Positions 34,099 through 45,230 of a stretch of DNA of 45,230 nt are shown one piece after another. Within the stretch, counting starts at the first letter, position 1. Every line of letters begins with the position of its first letter. Below the pieces are notes generated by a model, which was not told the DNA's origin, made no database searches, and worked only from the letters and a program-made list of their open reading frames with translations. The stretch comes from Nemertoderma westbladi. Its lineage: Eukaryota; Animalia; Xenacoelomorpha. The stretch covers positions 1 to 45,230 of the forward strand of contig JAUCBJ010000289.1 of NCBI GenBank assembly GCA_032718475.1, given 5' to 3'. The position numbers were made by a program, and so were the translations under genes.

Positions 34099-36078
34099 AT
34101 TATGTCAACTTGGGTTATATTATGTCAACTTTGGTTACATTATGTCAACTTTGGTTACATTATGTCAACTTGGGTTACATTATGTAAAGTTGGGTTACAT
34201 TATGTCCACTTGGGTTACATTATGTCAACTAAGGTTACATTATGTCAACTTGGGTTACATTGTCAACTTGGGTGTGACGGGATCGATGGATCCCGATTTA
34301 TCCAGTTGGGTTTATATACGCGTCCCCGCCGTGTGAGTGAAAAGGGTTGTTATAAGTCCTTCCGATATTGTTGATACAGTAATGCGGTTGATAGTATAAT
34401 ATATATATACAGAGATAGCATCATATAGTAAGATAATTGTGTAAGTATACTGATGACGGCGGCGACGGTTACAAAGTGTTACCGTTGTGCCCTAGCTGAC
34501 CGAACGACTGAGTAAACTGACTGAATGAGCAACACCGACCGGTAATATACTACTCTAGGTTTGGCCGTGTTACTCAGCTGATGCCTGCCCCCCATTGGCT
34601 AATAGCTCACTTCTCACCCTCTCATCTCCCTGGGAGTGTTTCCCCTTGCTGCTGTCACTCTCTCCCTCCCGGAGGTGTAACCTCTGACCCCCTTTGTGTG
34701 TGCTTCCCTTTGGGGTTTGTTGCCCCGCTTATTGGAGTGATACAAGGTTGATGGGTAATCAACCTTGTAGTTCCAATATTGCTTAACGCCAACTTTATGG
34801 GGTTAGTGAGGCGGAATTGAATACGCTCACATTGGGTTACATTATGTCAACTTGGGTTACATTATGTAAAGTTGGGTTACATTATGTCAACTTGTGTTAC
34901 ATTATGTCAACTTGGGTTACATTATGTAAAGTTGGGTTACATTATGTCAACTTTGGTTACATTATGTCAACTTGGGTTACATTATGTCAACTTTGGTTAC
35001 ATTATGTCAACTTTGGTTACATTATGTCAACTTGGGTTACATTATGTAAAGTTGGGTTACATTATGTCAACTTGTGTTACATTATGTCAACTTTGGTTAC
35101 ATTATGTCAACTTGGGTTACATTATGTAAAGTTGGGATACATTATGTCAACTTTGGTTACATTATGTCAACTTTGGTTACATTATGTCAACTTTGGTTAC
35201 ATTATGTCAACTTGGGTTACATTATGTAAAGTTGGGTTACATTATGTCAACTTTGTTTACATTATGTCCACTTGGGTTACATTATGTAAAGTTGGGTTAC
35301 ATTATGTCAACTTGTGTTACATTATGTCAACTTGGGTTACATTATGTAAAGTTGGGTTACATTATGTCAACTTTGGTTACATTATGTCAACTTGGGTTAC
35401 ATTATGTAAAGTTGGGTTACATTATGTCAACTTTGGTTACATTATGTCAACTTGGGTTACATTATGTCAACTTGGGTTACATTATGTAAAGTTGGGTTAC
35501 ATTATGTCAACTTTGGTTACATTATGTCAACTTTGGTTACATTATGTCAACTTGGGTTACATTATGTAAAGTTGGGTTACATTATGTCAACTTTGTTTAC
35601 ATTATGTCCACTTGGGTTACATTATGTAAAGTTGGGTTACATTATGTCAACTTGTGTTACATTATGTCAACTTGGGTTACATTATGTAAAGTTGGGTTAC
35701 ATTATGTCAACTTTGGTTACATTATGTCAACTTGGGTTACATTATGTAAAGTTGGGTTACATTATGTCAACTTTGGTTACATTATGTCAACTTGGGTTAC
35801 ATTATGTCAACTTGGGTTACATTATGTAAAGTTGGGTTACATTATGTCAACTTTGGTTACATTATGTCAACTTGGGTTACATTATGTAAAGTTGGGTTAC
35901 ATTATGTCAACTTTGTTTACATTATGTCCACTTGGGTTACATTATGTAAACTTGGGTTACATTATGTCAACTTGTGCTACATTATGTCAACTTGGTTTAC
36001 ATTATGTAAACTTGGGTTACAATAATTCAATTTGTGTTACATTATATCAACTTGGGTTACATTATGTCAACCTGGGTT
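34099..36078. repeat. 20-bp satellite (ATTATGTCAACTTGGGTTAC), about 70 copies, interrupted by a solo LTR
   Basis: Exact 20-bp periodicity, with variants such as ATTATGTAAAGTTGGGTTAC. Confidence 0.95.
34273..34831 (-). mobile_element. Solo LTR, related subfamily of the 9985 element
   Basis: TG...CA, 559 bp; 5-bp TSD TTGGG at 34268-34272 and 34832-34836. The reverse complement starts TGTGAGCGTATTCAATTCCGCC and ends GGATAAATCGGGATCC...GATCCCGTCACA, like the intact LTRs. Confidence 0.9.
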
Positions 36079-36202
36079 GTTAAATAGTTTGCAGAACTGT
36101 ATCCACATCAATTTTAATATAGTTATTTAATATAGAATTTTAAATTTGATTATAAATCCAATATATTTTCCTCAAAGACAATTTCCTGCTAAGAATTTAA
36201 TT

Positions 36203-36400
36203 TTAATTAATTTATAAGTAAGTAAATACTTGTACAGCTACAGTACCTTAAATTAATATATAAGTAAGTAAACACTTGTACGGCTACAGTACCTTTAATT
36301 AATTTATAAGTAAGTAAATACTTGTACGGCTACAGTACCTTTAATTAATTTATAAGTAAGTAAATACTTGTACGGCTACAGTACCTTTAATTAATTTATA
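36203..36400. repeat. 46-bp tandem repeat, 4 copies
   Basis: TATAAGTAAGTAAATACTTGTACGGCTACAGTACCTTTAATTAATT at 36213, 36259, 36305 and 36351. Confidence 0.9.
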
Positions 36401-36649
36401 TTAATTTACCTGCACGATTATGGGAAGACACTGGTTCGATCCCTATCTGTGGCTACTATAATTTTGCGCTGTTTATCGAAGTCCTGTTTAGATGATTACT
36501 TCATAAAAAATTCAATTTCTAAATAATATAATTTAAACTAATGATATTTCCTAAAGAGGCCTAAGAAATAATTGAAGCTAAAAGGAAATGTTGGCATTAT
36601 TATGGTATATGTTATTTAAAAATTAATTATAATTTATTTATTATAGGAG

Positions 36650-38588
36650 ATGGCAGCGGCCCAAATATTACTAATTGGTGTATTTATCGCAAACCTTGGG
36701 CTTCTATCTGCTAGTTACATACCCCAGGGTTGAGTGAAAATTAATTTTTCTCTCGAAATTGGTGTTTTATCCTAAATTAAATTAATTTAAAATGAACATT
36801 AACAAATTAATTACCAAGTATTATTAACAAAATTATTGTGAAGATTAACAAGTAGGTACCAAATACTCGATTGGTGAAAAGATTCAAATTATTTTTGTTC
36901 ACAATATATTCACTCCTTTTGGAGTTACAGAACTGGGATAATCTTTAAGGCTCGTTTGTCCAAGGAATGCCTCCCACTCAGTTTCCTAAGTTAATTTTGT
37001 TCATATTTATCGACCAGTAAGTTTAGGATAAAAGCCAGGGTTGGTCTAGGCCGCAGCATTTAAAGCAATGTGCCCAAACAGTGCTGCATCATCTAGGGAT
37101 CGAACCAGGGATTCCTAATTTGAAACCCATGAATGTCAACACTAGACCAAGCTGCTGCTTTGGCGTTATTGTGGTATGAATTAGGCCAATATAACCCATA
37201 GTCATAACCCAAATGATTAAAAGGAAAAATTTTAGTCCAAAATGGCAAATTTTGAAAACATCAATTAAAAAGAAGAAATTTCACTCAACCCGAATCCTAT
37301 AGAATGTGATTATCCAAACCATAACCCTAGACAATGCTTTATTAATCGGTATAAACGGAAAGAGGATGATGTAAGTAAATGATAAGGTGTTTCCTTGATA
37401 AAGTCATAATTAATTCGCGATTAATCAAAGTGCTATGTCAGCTAGTCAGTCGGGCACTGACACTGGTACACAATAATGAAACCAGAATAAGCGTTTTTAT
37501 CAAAGACAAAGCAGAATTCTTATAATTAACAGTAAATAAACGACTTTCCACTATATACAGTAAACTATATAATTAATTGAATTAAATAAAGTTATTGTAT
37601 TTCTTTTCCCTTAGAATTGGACGAGTTACAGCGCCTTTTGTAAGGAAAAAGCGAAAAAACAGGTAATTTGTTTTTTATAATATAAAAGTAACTGAAACTG
37701 AAGATTCTATAGGTACGATTTACAATAAACAACATTCACACATCTCCATAACTAACTTAGTGAATATCTTATATTAATTAGTAATTGTAATCAACTGAAT
37801 CAATTATTATTATGGACAAAACCAAATAATTATCAAGCGAGATTGATCAATATCACTTTAGTTAATTTGTTACTTAATAATTGTTACGTTTAGTAACGCA
37901 AGATTTTATTATAATGCAGGAGTACAATGATTGCACAAATATTGATGATAGCAAAATCATCACAAATATAGAGTGGATCAACAAAGATTTAAAAAGGTGC
38001 GACACACTGACAGAAGGAGGACCATGGCTGTTGATCCAACGGAGAGTGAATGAAGTAACGGATTTCTATAAGAATTGGGATGAATATTCAAAAGGTTTCG
38101 GTGATGTGAAAACCAACTTCTGGCTCGGGTTGGAATCTATTCACAAAGTATCTAAAAATGACGTGAAGTTGAGGTTCGATTTATGGTTTGTAGATGGCGA
38201 TTATAAATATGCGGAATATGAATCATTTCGAATCGATTCCAAAGATCAAAATTATAGTATTCATTTATCTAACTACAGCGGGAATGCGACAGATGCAATG
38301 CTTATAGGCTGTAATCCTTCTACGAGAAAACACATGCATCTGTGTCAAAACGGACAGCCTTTCTCTACCAAAGACAAGGACAATGATAAATGTGTGGTGC
38401 AATGCAAAGGGAAATATGAAGGTAGCTGTGCTAAACGTCATCAAGGGGCCTGGTGGTACCTTCGTTGTAGTGTGGCCAACCTCAACGGGGTATATGGACC
38501 GGATTTAACATGGGGGGCAAAAGACGTGTTAGGTGTGCCGCATAATATGGTAGCAATAAAGAAAATGGAGATCAAAGTTAAGATCTAG
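36650..38588 (+). CDS. Secreted fibrinogen-related domain protein (FReD/FREP; about 287 aa, 4 exons)
   Basis: Exons 36650-36728 (signal peptide MAAAQILLIGVFIANLGLLSA), 37303-37370, 37615-37662 and 37920-38588 are phase-consistent. Motifs GGPWLLIQRR, FYKNWDEYSKGFG, FWLGLE, NGQPFSTKDKDND, GAWWY..C..ANLNG. The last exon is firm; the upstream exons are inferred. Confidence 0.85.
36880..37160 (-). mobile_element. tRNA-derived SINE in FReD intron 1
   Basis: Minus strand shows an A box-like TGGTCTAGTG, a B box GGTTCGATCCC, then a core-like CCAACCCTGGCTTTTATCCT...GGTCGATAAAT. Confidence 0.55.
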
Positions 38589-38759
38589 AGAATAGAGAAA
38601 CTAAAACTTTCTTTTATGGTGAAGTCGGAGATATGTTGGTGTAGGGCATACATGTAATACATTGATAAAACATTATAATATAGATACACAATTAATCGTT
38701 ATAGTTAAGAATAGGGTTAAGAATATGAAATGAAGAATATCATAGATTCGATAAAGACA

Positions 38760-39095
38760 ACAAAGTAATTGCCCTATATAAAGCTGACGACCCCTCTGAC
38801 CCCTCTAACTATAGACCGAAAGCTCTGCTTCCTATTTTAGGCAACATATATTAACAAATAATCAACTCGCAACTACAGCTATTCTGTTCAAATATAACAT
38901 CCTTACCAATTCCCAATACGGAATTCGCCCAAAAACAACTACCTCCCATGCTATCCTGTCTATTACTGAAACAATCCACCCCATCCTAGATAACAAACAA
39001 GCACTCTGCTTGTGTCATCTATATAGTCCTTAAATAGGCCTTTGACACCATTGACCACAAAATTATGTTGAATAAATTTGAACACTATGGTGTTA
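38760..39095 (+). mobile_element. Degenerate CR1/L2-group RT fragment
   Basis: KVIALYK..DPSNYRP..LLPILG, SQYGIRPK.TTSHAI, AFDTIDHKIMLNKFEHYGV, with stops and frameshifts. Confidence 0.8.
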
Positions 39096-39799
39096 GTACG
39101 GCAGATTAATGTAAAATCATTCAAATTGTGATACAAGCATCACATTTGGTACGAACGTTCCTTTGGGGTCACTTTGCAAGAAAAAAGTGATTGACACTTG
39201 GAGTTCAAACATGGCGGCCACAAGTACACTTTTCCGTTAACTTTGTGGAGGATTTCAGAAAATGATTTACATTTGTGCACTACATTTGGAAAAATATATG
39301 TTGAATATATAATCTTCATATAATTTGTATGTTTCCATGGCAACCGATAAAAATTTAAATTTGTATTTTTCTATGGCAACCGACAAAATTTAAATTTAAC
39401 ATTTTTAAGTCATCTGGACATGATAAATTAGTTTGCTTTTGTGCGTTCTTGTTTATAATTACAGTTCCAATCCAGGTGGGTGTTGTGTTTTCAATCAATT
39501 AAAATTAATCAATTAAAGTTAATCCGCTGTAGGCTGTTATCTGGCTATGACTGTATCTGGATCTGCAAGTCTTGGTACCGGTACCAGTACTGGTGCCGGG
39601 TTTGCAGGTTTGATAGGCCTACAGGTGGTCTAGGACTAAGTACTGGTTATAGATATGCAATACATACAGTATGTTATGTGATGATTCCGAGGTTCCCTCT
39701 CTGGTAATAATTATCAACTCCTATCTGTGGTTTTTGCTTCAAGGAATGTCGATTAGTACATGGGAAGCAACGTATCGTGCTTGTCTTTCGAGGTTTATG

Positions 39800-40670
39800 C
39801 CAGAGGAGATATACCAAGTGAAAACTGAACTTTTTGAGAAATGTAAAGGTGATATTATAAGACGGAAGGATACCGGCAACGTAATATAAGACAACGTAGT
39901 CGCGCACAATATAAATATGCTGTGAGACGGTTGAAAAAATCGAGCGACGATATTCGTAGGATTATTTTATTAAATGCAGCCTCGGCGCGTGAATGTAAAC
40001 TCTTCGATGAGAGACGTAAATTAAGGGGAAATAGTAAAGTACATAGCGATAACATAGGCGGTGAAACTACCCAGAAAAAAATGCTGATAGGTTTTGTGAT
40101 ATACCTGTATATAAATTATTATATAACCAGGACTACAACACTGATGTCTCATCTTTACATTATAAGTTAAATGAGCGTATAAAATTAATAGATCCAGTAA
40201 CTAATAATATAATAATTACCCCAGAGTGTGTGTATGAACCTCTACTTCACTTAAAGATTAATGAATCTGATGTTTTATATAGTTTTGATTCCGGTGCAAA
40301 TTAACGGCGGGACTGTTTTTGAATCTTATTTAGCTACTTTATTTAATACATTTTTAACACATGGTGTCATATCGAGATGCTTATTGACTATCGCATTTGT
40401 ATCGATTGTTAATAATAAATTAGGTGACATCTCGTCGGTAGAGAATTATCGTGCTATTCGATCGCGTCTCTTATTTTAAAGGTATTCGAATGGGTTTTAT
40501 TGTTATCTAAAGTAAATAATATTGATCTCGACCAATTACAATTTGGGTTTCAAAGTGGATCTAGCACAGTAATGTACACATGGACTGCCACTGAATTAAT
40601 CAATTATTATGATAGACAGAGTACTCCAGTGTTTTGATGTCTTTTGGATTTCACCAAGGCATTCGACTGG
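39800..40670 (+). mobile_element. Degenerate L2/CR1-group LINE ORF2 fragment
   Basis: RAQYKYAVRRLKK, YLATLFNTFLTHG, NKLGDISSVENYRAI, LQFGFQSGSST, CLLDFTKAFD across broken frames. Confidence 0.75.
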
Positions 40671-41005
40671 ATAGTTCTGTACTCGAATCTGGACCAAACT
40701 GAACCGAACTGGATCGAAAGATTGGCGAACTGGACCGCCAAATGAAAGATAATCTAAAAACAACCATCCATGCATACAGGTAAAATTAATATTGAATTTC
40801 ATTTAGTCTTTTCATACATTATAAATATAGTTGCTTATAAGATGTCGCTAAATTAAGATTATTTACTTCACATAAAACACTGCTGTACTGCTTTTACCAG
40901 TAGGCCTACCGGTAGAAGGTATCTGGGTTTATAGATTGCAGTATTTTGCGTACCCGTAGTTGTGTTCAATGCAGAAATGAAAGCAGTAATGTTTGATTAT
41001 ATTTT

Positions 41006-41380
41006 CTACACTGGGAACACGGGGTCAGTCGGATCGTAATGCGGGCCGCTGCCGAGTTTCTTATCAGGGTCTTGATATTGGAACTGGCTAACCACATTAC
41101 TCATATCCTCCAATTTTTCCTTTAAATGTGAAAGTACTGTATCTAATTCAGTACGATACTTCTCAGATTCTTGGAAAGCTTCTAACCTGTGCAGATCATC
41201 TATAATCGAAACATACATATTATGTATTTTTTCCATTAATTCGATTGCTATTCTGTGTCGTTCTAATATAGTTTTAGGTGAAACGGATACCTCAGATAGC
41301 AATTTGTTAAACATATTGTAATTTCGGGTAAAATGCGCTTTATGGCCAGCTATAGTCGACCTTAAATGCGGCGCCATCAG
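41006..41380 (-). pseudogene. Helical ORF resembling a retrotransposon gag N-terminus
   Basis: MAPHLRSTIAGHKAHFTR followed by amphipathic helices, reminiscent of BEL/Pao gag starts; no other domains seen. Confidence 0.35.
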
Positions 41381-42204
41381 GCCACATTGGTTCTCCGGTG
41401 GGCCCATGTACCCTAGTAGCCGTACGTGGCCTAACAATCGTACTATCGGGTGTTAGACCTACACTGGTACATCTGTTATACCGGTAAGTCAAAATCCCCA
41501 AGAATAGCGACGCCATCGCTCTCTGCATCAGGGTCACGAAAATCTGCCATAAATATTTTCGGTGGTCAAAGCACGCCTACTTGTATCTGCCTATTGTAAT
41601 GCAGTATAGCCCTGTCAGCCTGATTACCAGATTACCGTAGGATTAATTAATAAAGACTAACAAATAGACTGAGGGACTACTTCAGCGAGTTCGCCAACTC
41701 CGCTCCGTACTCCTCCCTGAATTTACCCCAGTCCATTGGCTTGTGGCATACGACCCCCATTAGCTGGCCCATCGCCACCACTCCACAATGGCCCGTGTTC
41801 TCTACTAGTCCCAACCCGGCTGGCCCTGTCATAGCCATGTAGACTGCTTGCATGTCCAGGAGGTTGGGGGTCTCCGGACTGATGATCCTCTCCGCATCAT
41901 CGCGGATCGCTGATCCCACCTTTATCGTCGACTTCTCCCTTACTACGTTCTGCACTGCCCTTGGCAACCGGTTCAACTTCAGCCCGCTCTTCTTCCCATA
42001 CATTCTCAGATCGAACAGGAATATGTCCCCATTTGGCGAAGCCAAATGCAGAAGTATGGTTCCCCTGCAAACATTTTACGTTAATTACGCTAATCTAACG
42101 TTAGACTTTAGTCTGTTTTAGGTTGGAAAAATAAAGTTATAAAAATAACTTGGAACAAACGTTTTCTAACTTCTTATAATCGTTTAAAAACTACATGTCA
42201 AAAA

Positions 42205-42672
42205 TCAACTAAACGACGTTGAATTTTAACATCAATTTTTAACGTTATTTTGAAACGTCTGACATTGGTTAAATTTAATCATGTACAAAAGTGACTAAAC
42301 CCAAACGTTAAACTGACGTTGAATTTTAACATCAATTTTTAACGTTATTTTGAAACGTCTGACATTGGTTAAATTAAATATGTACAAAAGTGACTAAACC
42401 CAAACGTTCAACTGACGTTGAATTTTAACATCAATTTTTAACGTTATTTTGAAACGTCTGACATTGGTTAAATTTAATTATGTACAAAAGTGACTAAACC
42501 CAAACGTTAAACAGGCGTTTAATTTTAACATCAATTTTTAACGTTATTTTGAAACGTCTGACATTGGTTAAATTTAATTATGTACAAAAGTGACTAAACC
42601 CAAACGTTACACAGACGTTGAATTTTAACATCAATTTTTAACGTTATTTTGAAACGTTTGACATTGGTTAAA
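42205..42672. repeat. About 100-bp subterminal tandem repeat, about 4.6 copies
   Basis: GACGTTGAATTTTAACATC (or a near variant) at 42215, 42315, 42414, 42514 and 42614. Confidence 0.9.
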
Positions 42673-42799
42673 TAGAATCATTCTTGTATTAGAAAATTGT
42701 AATGTAATTTAGTCACGTTAATATTTATTGCACCAGGTCCCCCGGAATATAGTGTCAGTGAATTCAGTATCATGCAACTATCACTCAAGTTGTACCTTG

Positions 42800-43700
42800 T
42801 GGTCTTACTTTTGTACCTGGGGGGGGGGGGGGGGGGGGGGGGTGGTATTACTTTTTTTTACCTGGGAGGGGGGTCTTACTTTTGTACTAGGGGGTCTCAC
42901 TTTTGTTCCAGGGGAGTCTTATTTTTGTACCAGAGGGGTCTTACTTTTGTACTTGGGGGTCTTACTTTTGTTCCAGGGGAGTCTTACCTTTGTACCAGGG
43001 GGGTCTTACTTTTGTACTTGGGGGGGGGGGGGGGGGGGGGGTGGGGGGTCTTACTTTAGTACCTGGAGGGGTCATACTTTTTTTGTACCAGGGGGGTCTT
43101 ACTTTTGTACCTGGAGGGGTCTTACGTTTCTACCAGGGGGACTTACTTTTGTACCTGGGGGTCTTACACTACTTTTGTACCTGGGTTGTCTTACTTTTGT
43201 ACCTGAGGGGGGCAGGTCTTAATTTTTTTACCTGGGGTCTTACTTTTGTACCAGGGGAGTCTTACTTTTGTACCAGGGGGTCTTACTTTTGTACTTGGGG
43301 GGGGGGGGGGGGCTTACTTTTGTACCTGGAGGGGGTCATACTTTTGTACTGTACCAGGGGGGGTCTTACTTTTGTACCTGGAGGGGTCCTACATTTTTAC
43401 CTGGGAGGTCTTACTTTTGTACCTGGGTGTGTCTTACGTTTGTACCTGGGGGTCTTACGTTTGTACCTGTGGTGGGTCTTACGTTTGTACCTGGGGGTCT
43501 TACGTTTGTACCAGGGGGTCTTACTTTTGTACCTTGGGAGGGGGGGTCTTACGTTTGTACCTGGGGGTCTTACTTTTGTACCTGTGGTGGGTCTTACGTT
43601 TGTACCTGGGGGCCTTACGTTTATATCAGGGGGTCTTACTTTTGTACCAGGGGGATTTACTTTTGTACCAGGGCGGGGTAGGGGGGGTCTTACTTTTGTA
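42800..43700. repeat. G-rich minisatellite (GGGGGTCTTACTTTTGTACC(T/A), about 21-24 bp)
   Basis: Dozens of imperfect units with variable G-runs. Confidence 0.9.
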
Positions 43701-45230
43701 GTGTCTTTGGTCTTAATGTGTTGGGTCTTAGGTGTTTATTTTGTACTCCCATAATATAACTACTGTAACTGCAATACTAATTAGTTTACATGTTCTTCAA
43801 TATATTATTGTGATGTGCAATATTATTGAATTTATAACGATGCAATATTGAATATTTCTTTCAATTTTGGTATTATTTTTTATACTTTAGTTTTGTTATC
43901 GTTTTGTTTTTTCTCATATTTTTTGTTTATTGAAGTTGATTTAGTCAATATATAGTACAGTACGTTATGCGATTTATATTACCGATATACCGTACATTTA
44001 GCTTTGAATTATTTTTTATTCCGGGCAAAATTTGTTAAATAAGTCAATCAACAATCTTGTTTACCATGTTGACAAATTGAGTGGAGTATGCGTCATTAAT
44101 ATATTTTAAGTACACATGTTTATCTATCTTAGGTTAGAGTGCCTTGCAATATAAAAACGGCACTACGTTTATTCAGTGTGAGTGGCTAAATAAAATAAAC
44201 ACCGTTCGTTACCATCTTTAAATGATTGGTGAGGTTTGATATTCAGTGTAGTTAATACAAACAATAAATTGGTTTCATTCTACCCCCAGCGTCTGCAAAA
44301 AACGCAAGTCTAACGTTAAATGACGTCAGACTCTAAATAGTTATTAATTTCCTATAATTTAATTTTAAATTATAAATTAAATTGTTTGATAACTAATAAA
44401 TTTAAATAATTTAATCAAATGATTTATCTAACGTGGAGGCCAAATAGGTATGTGATAGTATTTTATATGAATCTAAACAAATTTCTTAGCAATTGATCAA
44501 AGTCTTCATAATTCTTCTCAGAAATAATCCGCTATTTATTTTCCCTAAAATGCATTGAAGGTTCCACTCCTAAGTTATAGTAGGTGTAGGTGCGTAGGCA
44601 TAGGCGTAGGCTGTGTAGGTTAGGGTTAGCCCCCCACTCCCTTGTGTGTGCAGGCAGGTCCACCAACTAACTGCCGCTGTGGTCCATGAAGTAAATCTCA
44701 AACTTGATCTTTTTTTTATGCTTTTGAATCAAAAATAACGTATTAGTGACGTATTTTTTTAACGTATTATTGACGTATTTTTTTAACGTATTTTTAACGT
44801 AGTAACCCCGGCCAATAATACGTTAATTTAACGTAATGGTACGTTCATAAATAACGTTCATAATATACGGCTGTTAACGTTATTTTCAGACATGAGTTAA
44901 TTAGTATGATTTGAGTAAAATTTAAGTATATTTTTAACGTAGTAACCCCGGCCAATAATACGTTAATTTAACGTAAGGGCACGTTAAAAAATAACGTTGG
45001 AATGGTAGAATATTAACGTAAATTAACGTTAAATTAACGTCAAAATGTTTGCAGGGTCTGGCCGACCCCGTCGATCCTCTCCTCGAACCCTCCTCGTCTT
45101 CCACGGTCCCTTCGTCGTCTAGGACCATGTATCCTCCCCTGCTGACGGACTCTACGAATCTCTTCCAATCCTTTCTCGGTGGTTCCCTCGTATACTTCAG
45201 TATCCCGAACTTCGCCTCGTCTCCCTTCAC

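Larger units (their letters stand above)
33665..34100. mobile_element. MITE-like unit with 41-bp inverted termini
   Basis: 33665-33705 ATGCTTTTATTATAGGAAGGGATCTAGGGGTCTTTACCTCG is inverted at 34060-34100 with one mismatch. Confidence 0.7.
42063..45056. mobile_element. Non-autonomous CMC/EnSpm-like DNA transposon
   Basis: TIRs CCCTGCAAACATTTT / AAAATGTTTGCAGGG; 2-bp TSD TC; AACGT-rich subterminal repeats at both ends. Confidence 0.8.
41677..45230 (-). pseudogene. DnaQ/DEDD 3'-5' exonuclease (WRN/Mut-7/EXD-like) ORF split by a DNA transposon
   Basis: Removing 42063-45056 and one TC gives the continuous frame ...YMVLDDEG...GSARTILLHLASPNGDIFLFDL...LPRAVQNVVREKSTIKVGSAIRDDAERI...LLDMQ. The 5' part lies beyond the window and no ExoIII motif is seen. 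Confidence 0.7.

Noticed and set aside
34102-36083. Multiple ORFs (MSTWVTLCQLGLHYV repeats) and a CRISPR-like regular look
   Set aside because: These are translations of a 20-bp satellite; there are no unique spacers and no cas genes.
42728-43754. Gly/Leu-rich ORFs up to 283 aa
   Set aside because: By-products of a G-rich minisatellite, open in several frames.

Overview
AT-rich, repeat-dense animal (invertebrate-type) genomic DNA with spliceosomal introns. Three host loci can be reconstructed. (1) A + strand locus (5300-21211) with a metazoan-type caspase catalytic domain fused directly to an Apaf-1-like NB-ARC / winged-helix / helical-domain / WD40 scaffold, in place of a CARD. This copy has an in-frame stop and a 4-bp frameshift and is loaded with nested transposons. 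(2) A 3-exon - strand nicotinic-receptor-like pentameric ligand-gated ion channel that lacks both Cys-loop cysteines. (3) A 4-exon secreted fibrinogen-related protein. The rest is mobile DNA: an intact CRE-type RT+RLE retrotransposon with an in-frame Pro/Thr repeat, a non-autonomous BEL/Pao-like LTR element with related LTRs, RTE and CR1/L2 fragments, piggyBac-, Tc1-, IS3EU- and EnSpm-like non-autonomous DNA elements, several satellites, a tRNA-headed unit ending in a minimal hammerhead ribozyme, and a DEDD 3'-5' exonuclease ORF split by a transposon. All calls come from motifs read by eye; no database searches were run.
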